A program made the translations under genes and the position numbers. Below are positions 49,907-58,483 of a stretch of DNA of 64,000 bases, piece by piece. The stretch is from a virus (Duplodnaviria; Caudoviricetes), in the IMG/VR virus record IMGVR_UViG_3300012979_000002, positions 56,527 through 120,526 of that record; one strand, 5' to 3'. Below the pieces are notes generated by a model. That model was not told where the DNA came from. It did no database searches and saw only the letters and a list, made by a program, of their open reading frames with translations. Position 1 is the stretch's first letter; the number at the start of each line of letters is the position of its first letter.

Positions 49907-50649
49907 TAGATATATCCTCTCGCTTTGTACCAAGCTGTCATAGTATCATACTCATCATCATAAGCATCATCATCGTCCCAGGGATTGCTGCTATTAGGAT
50001 TACAATTAGTAAGAGCTAAACTCATTTGTTCAGGTTTCTTTATTGGAACATCCTCATCCTCTTCCACCCCGTCTAAGTCAGGGTCTAATATTACTACGAA
50101 AAAGCCACAATCCTCTATTAATACAGGCCACCATAGAGTTTCTCCACGGTTCCCTTTATATGATACCATATTTACATCATTAGAAAATAGCACATCTATG
50201 TTGCCAGACAATGACATCATAGGTTGTTCTTTCTCTATGTTATAACTAATGTCCTCTGGTTTGATGACTACTTTGTATTCTTCGTAGTAGTGCTTTAATA
50301 ATACGCTTAGCTTTTCTATCTCAGTAAGCATATCACCAATAAAACATTGACCAGCGCTTGACCAGCAATATATATCACTAATTTCTTCTAATGTGTCGGG
50401 TGTAAGTAAAACACCGTTTGTATATTCTTCGTGTACAGCTAAGGCACCTGTAACATCCATTACATCCTCAGCAGTTAATGCGTCAGCTGACAAAGCAACC
50501 GACTCAATTTCCGCAATGCTATACTCAGGGTCGAATAAGCAAGGGAAAGATTTAATTATAATAAATTCATCGCATTGCCACTTTTCCAAGTCTTTTGTTG
50601 GAAGAAAAATGACATAGCGTACATCTAAGTATTCTAATTCTTTGGGCAT
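49906..50649 (-). CDS. Acidic hypothetical protein
   Basis: AGGGGAG RBS before MPKEL; promoter upstream. Confidence 0.7.
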   Translation of the reverse strand: MPKELEYLDVRYVIFLPTKDLEKWQCDEFIIIKSFPCLFDPEYSIAEIESVALSADALTAEDVMDVTGALAVHEEYTNGVLLTPDTLEEISDIYCWSSAGQCFIGDMLTEIEKLSVLLKHYYEEYKVVIKPEDISYNIEKEQPMMSLSGNIDVLFSNDVNMVSYKGNRGETLWWPVLIEDCGFFVVILDPDLDGVEEDEDVPIKKPEQMSLALTNCNPNSSNPWDDDDAYDDEYDTMTAWYKARGYI

Positions 50650-50748
50650 ATTAACTCCCCTTTCTTTATTTATTACAATAATATTATATCTAATTTTGCT
50701 GTCTTTTGACAACTTTTTAAAATAAAAAAGAGCATTAAAAACGCTCTT

Positions 50749-51389
50749 TTATTCTACATAAACATTATAGGTATAGACTTCATATTTTCCATCACTAACA
50801 AACAGGTCAATTATTTTATTAGTCATACATGCCCCGCAGCTATCTAGGATAATTCCCGGATAGGTTTCGCCATTGATGGTGATGTTAACTTTGTCGTAAT
50901 AATTGTAGTATTTTATATATCCTAGCCTTTCGTTGTATTTAGCACAACCTCCTGACTTGGATTTTAAACAGGCATTCGTAGCTCCTGCTAACACTACTCG
51001 TCCTTGGTACTCGTACCAACCTTTACTATTGATTTGAAAATCTTTCTCGCAAAGCCCGGTACCTGTACATGAACCTGTATTACAATTATCTCCAGACCAG
51101 AAGCTGGTTAACTTATAGCCCGAGTTTAGTTTTTTTTTAAGTCTTTTATTTGGCTCTCTAATGATGTAATAGTTTTTTGCTGTTCTGCTACTTTGTTGGT
51201 TTGAATTACCAACTCTGCTGCCAAAGCTTCATACTCCGTTTGCAGATTTTCTTTATCTACAAGACAGATTGCTTCCCTTTCTTTATATAGATTATTATGA
51301 GTCGCTAGTTTTCCAAACAACACATAGTTCAAACTTAAGGAACATACTAAGACGATACCTAAGAATGTTCTAATCATTTGTTTTTTCAT
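50749..51389 (-). CDS. Membrane-anchored coiled-coil + 3D-domain protein, split by a -1 frameshift at A_AAA_AAC
   Basis: ORF1 (51126-51389) is TM + coiled coil; the -1 frame continues YKLTSFW...ILDSCGAC...IIDLFV. Confidence 0.65.
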
Positions 51390-51612
51390 TTTTAACTATT
51401 TCTCCTATTTGGTGTATCATATCTTCCAACACCTTTTTATCTTCCTCGCTTATATCCTTTGGAATATAACGAGATAGTTTGCGTATCTTCCCTGTCATAC
51501 ATAGGTCAGCCATTTTTTCTAACTTACCTAGACTAGGTTTTTTATTTTTTGGGTACGCTCCCAATTCCATCAACTTATCGCAATACTTTTGTATGGCTAG
51601 TAATAAGTCCAT
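51370..51612 (-). CDS. Hypothetical protein
   Basis: GAGGTG RBS. Confidence 0.7.
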   Translation of the reverse strand: MDLLLAIQKYCDKLMELGAYPKNKKPSLGKLEKMADLCMTGKIRKLSRYIPKDISEEDKKVLEDMIHQIGEIVKNEKTND

Positions 51613-51706
51613 ATAACACCTCTTTCATTTTTATATTTTATTTTAAAATATAATTAAGCGTTTTAAGGTGGTTTAAATACCTCTATTTGCTTCGTAATAA
51701 TTATTC

Positions 51707-51754
51707 TAATATATTTATATTAAAAAACCAAATTATCGCTCTACGCTAGCTTAA
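51707..51754. repeat. Dispersed palindromic element, copy 4
   Basis: TAATATATTTATATTA with TACGCTAG arm at 51742. Confidence 0.6.
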
Positions 51755-51769
51755 AATGCTTTAAAAAAT

Positions 51770-51801
51770 AAAAAGAAAAAAGAGGTACTAAACAGTACCT
51801 C
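51770..51801 (-). terminator. Rho-independent terminator
   Basis: GAGGTACT-gttt-AGTACCTC followed by a T tract. Confidence 0.8.
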
Positions 51802-51804
51802 AAT

Positions 51805-52069
51805 TCCCCAGGTCCCTGTAAAGAATAACCGTTAGCCAGTCATCTAACATACAGTCGTTAATGATGAAGTCGCCATACCGTTCTGGGTCATCACTCCCAT
51901 AGCGATACAACTGGGCTATATATCAGTGTATAGACTGGGTGAATAAATATATAGAAACACAAGGAAACAACAGCACAAGAAATGCTTTAAAAAATATTGT
52001 TCCTTGAATTGAAAGCAGTAAAAGGAAAGGTAAGTGAGAAATACTGCCCTCAATTCAGGGAATAATATT
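51805..52069 (-). ncRNA. Putative structured RNA(s) downstream of the 384-aa gene
   Basis: 28-bp hairpin at 51993-52069 plus a CCCAG/CTGGG-closed GC-richer domain before the terminator. Confidence 0.4.
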
Positions 52070-52082
52070 CCCTTACCCTTGA

Positions 52083-53237
52083 CTACTTATCTGCGTTGAC
52101 TTTTTTAGTTTCTTTTTTCTTTGGTGCGAATGGATTAGTTCCTCCGTTAAACATAGATAGCATAGCGATAGTTGATAAACTGTCGTTATCTTTATCTCCT
52201 TTTAACATCATAGCTAATGCCATTGGGTTAGACCCTAAGTCACCATTGCTTAATGAACTAAATAACATCATTTGAGTTAAGTCGCTATTCTTGCCTTCCA
52301 TTAAAGCCATTAACATCATTGGGTTGCTGAATAAGTCTCCAGCTGATGCGAAGTTATCTCCAAACATAGAGAATACTTTTTGGAAGTATTTAATACCGAA
52401 CATAGTAGATTTTGGTATTAACACAGTTTGAGTGCAAGTTTCATAATCTACTGCTTTAATTTCATTAGTAGTATCTACGATGAAATAAGGTTTACCTTCG
52501 TGTAAAACAGTGTCTCCTACATTTACCTCTACTGCTGGTAATAAGAATAATGCGTCTTTAATGTCAAATAGCATGTTGGTTACATCTACGAATTCGTTAT
52601 TGTCTTTGTTATATACAACAAATTTACCGTTGTTTTGACTAACAGCGATACCATTCATAGATAATTTGAAGCGGTCGCTTCTAATTTTTCCGAAACCTAA
52701 GTTTCCAAATAAATTATCCATAGATTTACTTTCCTCTCTTTCGTCAGTACACATTGTGCATACTTCTTCTTTTCTTAAATCTTCTAAATATGCTAAACCT
52801 TTTTCAGTTAGAACATAATAGTCGTCGTCCTCATCATCATAATCTCTATCGCATAAGTCGCTATAAAGACTATCAATTTGAACTAAACGGTCATCTTCGT
52901 GTAGTTCTATAACTCCTACACTTACTACAAACAATTTATTGTGTGTAGCACATACATAACCTTGCTTGATGTTATATAATTCTAAGTCTGATTGGTTCAG
53001 AAATAAAGGAGTATATGATGTTGCAGGTATTGTCCCAGTATCTCTAAGTTGTTTAATGATTGGTTCAACAGCATACACATCTTCTAAGATGTTTGATACT
53101 TGACCTATAGGCATATCATCTTTAGCACATATAAGACCGGCTACTAAATCCACTTTGTCGTGAAAATATACTTGCCCATCAAATATGTCGTTTCTTTCAA
53201 TGACTACATAAGCATCTCTTAATATTTTTTCTGACAT
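52083..53237 (-). CDS. Hypothetical phage protein with NPM-rich C-terminus
   Basis: Own promoter and RBS; LSMNGIAV, NPMMLMALM repeats. Confidence 0.8.
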   Translation of the reverse strand: MSEKILRDAYVVIERNDIFDGQVYFHDKVDLVAGLICAKDDMPIGQVSNILEDVYAVEPIIKQLRDTGTIPATSYTPLFLNQSDLELYNIKQGYVCATHNKLFVVSVGVIELHEDDRLVQIDSLYSDLCDRDYDDEDDDYYVLTEKGLAYLEDLRKEEVCTMCTDEREESKSMDNLFGNLGFGKIRSDRFKLSMNGIAVSQNNGKFVVYNKDNNEFVDVTNMLFDIKDALFLLPAVEVNVGDTVLHEGKPYFIVDTTNEIKAVDYETCTQTVLIPKSTMFGIKYFQKVFSMFGDNFASAGDLFSNPMMLMALMEGKNSDLTQMMLFSSLSNGDLGSNPMALAMMLKGDKDNDSLSTIAMLSMFNGGTNPFAPKKKETKKVNADK

Positions 53238-53346
53238 ACTTGTTTCTCCTTTCTATATTATTTGTGTAATATAAAAAATGTTCTTTTTAAATTACAATTA
53301 TATTATAATATAAAAATGAACCTTCTGAGAACTTTTTAAACCTTTC

Positions 53347-54190
53347 AAAAAGTCCTTTGAAAATAAAATAACTTCGGGAGGACTATTGGATACCTCCAAG
53401 TCTTTTTCAAGATAACCGTGTATTCAGTCATAAAGTAAGGACCAGTACCTTACAAGCGTCGCATGGATTGGAGTAATATGTACCAAAACTGTTAAAACTC
53501 TCTGGTTTGTTCAGTTTCATGTTCCACATTTGTAATAATGGCTTTATTATATGCCCATGAGCCACACCGTTATACACGATTTAACACGCTTCAACCATCA
53601 GCACTCACTTACTTTCGTATTCCCGGCACGGTCATACTAAGTCTTGTGCCCGGTCGCCCATCGACCTTCCTCTTACTCATTATGCCTTCGCATACTCGCA
53701 TCAGTTCAACGACTTATTGACGGTGTTCCAACCGTTGCTACGTACCCGCTTACAGCATCCACTGTTTTTAGCGTACCGGTCCCCCGGGATATGTATCTTC
53801 CAGCACATATCAATGACATAATGAAAGAGTATAAGGCTACTACACGCATCCACTCTGGCCGGAGTTTCAGCATAGTGTGTAGAGAGGAGTGGTTACCTCC
53901 AACATATAATGTTCCTCCTTTTTCTTAACTACTACGGATTTATGCACGCTGCCCATTGCTTCCTTATTTCAACCGCGCTAGGTCTTGCCTTTGGATTGTT
54001 TGCGACGCCAACTCGCACATCTCCTTTGACCTCGGAATCAATGGCACCTTACACTTGTTATCTCGACAGCCCCTCTCCCTCGTTCTTCCGAACTCCTGAC
54101 GTAGCTTTTGGCATCGTGTGAAAAGGCACTCTTAGGGCGAGACCACCCTTGTTCGAGTAACAAAGTTATTTTATTTTCAAAGAACTTTTT
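53347..54190 (-). ncRNA. Large structured ncRNA (~790 nt) enclosed by a 28-bp leader/trailer stem with a boxA-like sequence
   Basis: No credible ORF; raised GC; many hairpins; inverted repeats at 53347-53374 and 54163-54190; own promoter. Confidence 0.7.
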
Positions 54191-54205
54191 AATTTTACAC
54201 TTAAA

Positions 54206-54234
54206 ATTATATCATAATTTAGACCTAATTTCAA
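54206..54234 (-). promoter_or_regulatory. Sigma-A promoter of the large ncRNA
   Basis: TTGAAA-17-TATAAT with extended TG. Confidence 0.8.
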
Positions 54235-54262
54235 GTCTTTTGAAATATTTTTTTATAAAAAA

Positions 54263-54336
54263 TGGAGGGCCCAGTAGGAGTTGCACCTACGCTCAGGGAG
54301 TTGCAGTCCCTTGCCTTACTACTTGGCTATAGGCCC
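54263..54336 (-). tRNA. tRNA-Cys(GCA)
   Basis: Cloverleaf, anticodon loop CTGCAAC, encoded CCA. Confidence 0.9.
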
Positions 54337-54344
54337 AGGAAGTA

Positions 54345-54848
54345 TTACTTGATTAAATCTTGAAGTAATACTGGTTTGTAGTCCCAAAGTTCTACACAAG
54401 CACAAATATGGTTTTCGTCATTAGTTGGTTTGTCATGTTGGTGACCATAAATGTTTAAATAATGTGTATCCTTTTCTGGCACTCTGTGGTGTGAGAAGTG
54501 AATAGTTTCGTTTAGGTCGTCAAAGTGAATAATGACTTCCTCTTTATAAACTTGGATAAACTGTCCTTCAGTATAAGTAGATTTAGACCCGTGGTCATGA
54601 TTACCCATTACTAATATTTTTTTACCTTTTAATTGTTGACCCCATTTAATGATGTCCTCTCTTGACCCTAGGGCAAAATCCCCTAGACAAATAACAGTAT
54701 CATCATCGTGAACAACGGAGTTCCAGTTTTCAATGAGAGCCTTGTTCATTGACTCCACATTGACGAAAGGTCGATTGCAATACCCAATAATGTTTTCATG
54801 TCCCAAATGCAAGTCAGAACAAACATATACTTTTGACATACGAATCAC
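54345..54848 (-). CDS. Calcineurin-like metallophosphoesterase
   Basis: SDLHLGH, LGDF, GNHD, GHQH. Confidence 0.9.
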   Translation of the reverse strand: MIRMSKVYVCSDLHLGHENIIGYCNRPFVNVESMNKALIENWNSVVHDDDTVICLGDFALGSREDIIKWGQQLKGKKILVMGNHDHGSKSTYTEGQFIQVYKEEVIIHFDDLNETIHFSHHRVPEKDTHYLNIYGHQHDKPTNDENHICACVELWDYKPVLLQDLIK

Positions 54849-54896
54849 TCCTTTTTTAATTTATTACAATAATATTTTATCAAATTATTTAGCGTT

Positions 54897-55412
54897 TTAC
54901 AAGTCTTTTAGTTTAGAAAACGCAGCTCTAAATTCGTGAAAACCAAGACCTGTGTATGTGTCGCATTTAATTAGTTTGTCTTTCAAGTTATCCATGTCGC
55001 TATCGTCATCTAAGATAACGAAGTTTGGCCATTGGTCCCCATAATTATTGTTTAAGTAAGTTGTAATCTCCATACCTCTAGTTCTATCAGGGATATAACT
55101 TAAAGATGGAGTACATCCTATGATTTCTATTTCGGGCAATAAACCACTGTTAGTTAGTGTTTCTTTTAGTTCTTCTAAGGTTAAAGATGTTCGCCAAGTA
55201 GATGATATGACTATTTTAGCACCGGTTGTTTTACACAACAGGTTTAGCCACATAACCGCTTGTCTATTTGAAACTCTTTTATGGTTAGGACTGTTAATAC
55301 AATAATAAAAGCCATCTTCATCAGGGGAAGGTCTCCCTCCCTCAATGGGTTCGGTATCTACAATGATTGTATTTAATACCCCATCTATGTCTAAAAAGAT
55401 TAGGTTATTCAT
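54897..55412 (-). CDS. HAD-family phosphatase (Swiss-army-knife RNA-repair type)
   Basis: IFLDIDGVLN, IVISSTWR, RG.EI, ILDD. Confidence 0.85.
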   Translation of the reverse strand: MNNLIFLDIDGVLNTIIVDTEPIEGGRPSPDEDGFYYCINSPNHKRVSNRQAVMWLNLLCKTTGAKIVISSTWRTSLTLEELKETLTNSGLLPEIEIIGCTPSLSYIPDRTRGMEITTYLNNNYGDQWPNFVILDDDSDMDNLKDKLIKCDTYTGLGFHEFRAAFSKLKDL

Positions 55413-56301
55413 TAGTCCACAACCTTGGATACATATACTCTCTAACTGCGGCTTTACGACTATCTTTAATAAGATAATCAACTAAAATTTCTAGTAGAAC
55501 TAATGGATGGGCATTTCTGCCTTCCAATTTGAAATTAGAAAAACCCATAGGAATGTAAGTATTTTCTATATCTAATGGAGAGATGTAGTGATTTTGAGTT
55601 CGAGCCTTTGCATAAGAACAAACTCCCCCATCACAAAAACTAAAACTAGTTTCCAGTCCAGACTCTAGCTGATTACGAGATGTTTCCTTGTAATGCTCTG
55701 CCTTGTTTGGACAGTCTGCATAGCAGGTAGAATTACATAATAATTCACATTTGTCTTTATGCTCTATGTTGTTTAAAAAATCAAAATCTCTGTTGTGGCT
55801 AAGGTCCAAAACGGTTAGGTAGTAATTTTTATTTATTTCTTCAAGTTGCTTGTCTTTGTCAGTTATTGTCTTTGTAGTTGAAGAAATGTAACGATACCTG
55901 TCACCATACTTATCACGCAAATGTTTCTCTAATGCTGGGCTATTACAAATAATTTCGTTATGACCAGTACAGAAAATGTCTGCTACCAAATTACAATAGG
56001 TGTCTAATGTATGTTGTTCTTCTAAAAGACAGTTGGTGAATGTTAAACGAACAGGTATTTGATGGTATTCCATAAATTCCCTGATACTTTCTAACTGCAC
56101 TTTATTTGGAGCAGGTATCATAACATTATTACGCCCTCCGTTCCAAATACAATTTGGAGCACCATAAATGGAACCAAATTTTACATTGTCTTTTAATACA
56201 CTACCGTCTGCCTCAAGCATTTCCATAAAAGGTTGCCATATAACACCAAGTTCAAAAATGCCTGGCAAGTGAAAAATTACCTCTTTACTATATCCTTCCA
56301 T
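55405..56301 (-). CDS. U32-peptidase-like Fe-S protein (possible RNA hydroxylase)
   Basis: ELL.N..C...C, FKLEGR; start moved out of the tRNA. Confidence 0.6.
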   Translation of the reverse strand: MEGYSKEVIFHLPGIFELGVIWQPFMEMLEADGSVLKDNVKFGSIYGAPNCIWNGGRNNVMIPAPNKVQLESIREFMEYHQIPVRLTFTNCLLEEQHTLDTYCNLVADIFCTGHNEIICNSPALEKHLRDKYGDRYRYISSTTKTITDKDKQLEEINKNYYLTVLDLSHNRDFDFLNNIEHKDKCELLCNSTCYADCPNKAEHYKETSRNQLESGLETSFSFCDGGVCSYAKARTQNHYISPLDIENTYIPMGFSNFKLEGRNAHPLVLLEILVDYLIKDSRKAAVREYMYPRLWTNE

Positions 56302-56317
56302 ATTATCACCTCTAAAA

Positions 56318-56394
56318 TGGCGTCCCCATAGGGATTCGAACCCCAAACCTTTTGGTCCGTAGCCAAACGCTCTATCCAATTGAGCTATGGAGAC
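56318..56394 (-). tRNA. tRNA-Arg(ACG)
   Basis: Cloverleaf, loop CTACGGA, encoded CCA. Confidence 0.93.
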
Positions 56395-56397
56395 ATC

Positions 56398-56588
56398 AAT
56401 GGGCAGGATTTAAACCCGCCCCATGCGAGAAAAAATGAAACTTATAGGTCAGGGTTCCCGGGCCGCCTGTTCCGGGATACGACACATCGGCTCAATAGCC
56501 AGAAGAAATTATCCGTCTAACTAACAATCTTACGATTGGCCTACCCTTAAGCAGCATTGCTGCCGGCACTGGAAGCGGACTTTCCTAG
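56398..56588 (-). ncRNA. Putative structured RNA ending in a T-arm mimic
   Basis: Hairpins GCAGC/GCTGC, CAATC-GTAA-GATTG, CCCGG/CCGGG and GGGCGGG-TTTAAAT-CCTGCCC. Confidence 0.5.
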
Positions 56589-56589
56589 T

Positions 56590-56823
56590 TTAACCCTGTC
56601 TGTGTAAAAGTTCTTGATAACGCATTTCTACTGCCTTAGCTCTATCTTCTACATCTAAATCCATAGTGTCAGCTATAGCTCTAAGTTTTAATTGCCAATC
56701 GGCATATTTCTTCGGACCATCGTCCTTGGTTCTATATACTATTTTGTTTTCTACCACTTCTTCTTTTGGTTTATTGAAGAACGGTTTCTTTGGTTTCTTG
56801 TGATACTTGTTTCTTGGTTCCAT
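56590..56823 (-). CDS. Basic hypothetical protein
   Basis: AAGGAGG RBS; TTGACA..TGATATAAT promoter. Confidence 0.75.
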   Translation of the reverse strand: MEPRNKYHKKPKKPFFNKPKEEVVENKIVYRTKDDGPKKYADWQLKLRAIADTMDLDVEDRAKAVEMRYQELLHRQG

Positions 56824-56892
56824 ATTTTTCCTCCTTTATCATTTCACAATAATATTATATCATATAAAAATGTTTCTGTCAATTATAAAAAA

Positions 56893-56966
56893 TGGCAGGG
56901 GCAGTAGGAATTGAACCCACATCCACGGTTTTGGAGACCGTCATTCTACCTTTGAACTATACCCCT
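56893..56966 (-). tRNA. tRNA-Trp(CCA)
   Basis: Cloverleaf, loop CTCCAAA, encoded CCA. Confidence 0.93.
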
Positions 56967-56978
56967 ATGAAAGAAGGA

Positions 56979-57311
56979 TTAAATCTCCTTCATAATTTTT
57001 TCATACTCAGTTTTAATTTCTGCTTGCTTCCTATCAGCCAAGTCTTTTATATAAGTTAATCTATTAACTTCATCTGTCCACTTGGCAACAATAATGTTAG
57101 CAAACTTTAAGTCGTCTTCAGCTGCTTTGCTTAGCTTTTGGTAATATTTATCCCAAGCTCTAGTATTTGCTATACTAATACCTAGTTCTTCATTCCAAGT
57201 ATCAGTTTCGTGACAAATTGCTTTACCTCTTACGCATATACCGTTAGCTTCGTTAGTTAATACTACCACTGCTATACGCTTTTCAGCATTAGTAAAAATC
57301 TGTTTTCTCAT
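56979..57311 (-). CDS. Hypothetical phage protein
   Basis: G.A.CH..D.WNEE.G..IA motif; AAGGAG RBS. Confidence 0.75.
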   Translation of the reverse strand: MRKQIFTNAEKRIAVVVLTNEANGICVRGKAICHETDTWNEELGISIANTRAWDKYYQKLSKAAEDDLKFANIIVAKWTDEVNRLTYIKDLADRKQAEIKTEYEKIMKEI

Positions 57312-57324
57312 TGGTTCTCCTTTC

Positions 57325-58266
57325 CTATCCACGATAGCGAATAGTGAATGTATCTGTTGTTCCTGCAGTCGCATAGCTGTATACCCTCATTCCTTCAGCA
57401 TCATTAAACCAAATGCTTTCTGGTGTTGGGTCATTAGGCTTAGTCGCAGTTATTGTTTCTTCTTCGTCATCTTTTGGATAGTCTTCTATTACTAGCACAT
57501 TTACTTTCTTTGTGTAATTAGTGCAACCATCTATAGCAATCTTATTTCCATTTACCACAGGTGCGTGTTCGTCAGTGTTACCATAACTTACAATACCCCT
57601 TGGTTCTGTTGGTTCTAAGAAATATAGAAAATTACCTAATTCTTGTGGCTTATACCCATGCTCTTTCATTTGATTTCTTACACGAAAAGCATGATGATGC
57701 CCTATAACTACTCCTTTGTTATGAACATTATGGATTTGTTGGAAACTGTCTTCTATGTCCCATAACATATAATGTTCATCGGTATCTTTCCAGTTTTCTA
57801 AATTAGGATTGATGCCGGCATGACAAAAGATAAAGTTCTTTGTTTCAAAGTATAAAGGCATATTTTTAAACCATTCCAATACATGCCCCGGAATATTCTT
57901 GCGTGCTTTATCTACCAACTCTGGGTTGAATAGATTTTCAGTTATCCCGGTGAAGCTTTGGATGGTTGCTCCTAAACCGTTATGTAATATATTAAATAAT
58001 ACGAACTCCCCATCCATTCCTTTCTCAAGATATTCTTGGAAGAAACAATCATGGTTCCCCTTAATTGCTATGGTATTCTTAGGGCGTTCTTTTAAAAGTC
58101 TATATATATCTACACTTTTTGGTCCGCGGTCGAAAGCATCTCCACAAGACACTAAGAAATGTCTAGGGTTATTTTTATCATAACCAGCTGCTAGTAACGC
58201 CTCCCTTAAGGCGTCAAGTTCACCGTGTACATCGCTAAAAACGAAATATTTATTAGTCTGTTTCAT
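57325..58266 (-). CDS. Metallophosphoesterase (Ser/Thr-phosphatase-like)
   Basis: SDVHG, GDAFDRG, GNHD, HAG, GHH. Confidence 0.9.
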   Translation of the reverse strand: MKQTNKYFVFSDVHGELDALREALLAAGYDKNNPRHFLVSCGDAFDRGPKSVDIYRLLKERPKNTIAIKGNHDCFFQEYLEKGMDGEFVLFNILHNGLGATIQSFTGITENLFNPELVDKARKNIPGHVLEWFKNMPLYFETKNFIFCHAGINPNLENWKDTDEHYMLWDIEDSFQQIHNVHNKGVVIGHHHAFRVRNQMKEHGYKPQELGNFLYFLEPTEPRGIVSYGNTDEHAPVVNGNKIAIDGCTNYTKKVNVLVIEDYPKDDEEETITATKPNDPTPESIWFNDAEGMRVYSYATAGTTDTFTIRYRG

Positions 58267-58291
58267 ATTATCACCTACTTAATTCTAAAAA

Positions 58292-58397
58292 TGGGGGAAG
58301 TAAAGGCCCTGATTTATCTTTGCCCTAGCCTGATATATTCAAGCAAAAAGCTTTCGGTTTAGATAAGATAGCGTTATTCACTTATACCTTTACTTCC
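58292..58397 (-). ncRNA. 106-nt CCA-terminated RNA with an 11-bp terminal stem
   Basis: 5' GGAAGTAAAGG pairs with CCTTTACTTCC, followed by C-CCA. Confidence 0.55.
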
Positions 58398-58408
58398 GTT
58401 TTTTTGAA

Positions 58409-58479
58409 GGCCATCCGCTGGATTTGCACCAGGTCCCCTGATTAAGCGTCAGGTGCTCTACTATTAAGCTACGGACGAC
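58409..58479 (-). tRNA. Atypical tRNA-like element (anticodon CTT, G33, 8/4 stems, no CCA)
   Basis: D-arm GCTT-AATAGT-AGAGC; CCTGA-CGCTTAA-TCAGG; CTGG-TGCAAAT-CCAG. Confidence 0.55.
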
Positions 58480-58483
58480 ATAA

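Noticed and set aside
53867-53905. AAGGAGG-led 12-codon ORF (MLEVTTPLYTLC) inside the large RNA
   Set aside because: The start codon is buried in a hairpin and it would be the only TGA-terminated gene. Translation is not excluded but is unsupported.
53375-54162. rRNA gene or fragment, suggested by the boxA stem
   Set aside because: No universally conserved 16S or 23S motifs recognised.
53538-54332. ORF-track + strand ORFs of 60-94 aa
   Set aside because: No RBS, atypical composition, and antisense to a promoter-driven structured RNA and tRNA-Cys.
56398-56588. RNase P RNA or SRP RNA
   Set aside because: AGGAAAGTCC is present but the 3' P4 strand is not, and the SRP helix-8 motif is not matched.
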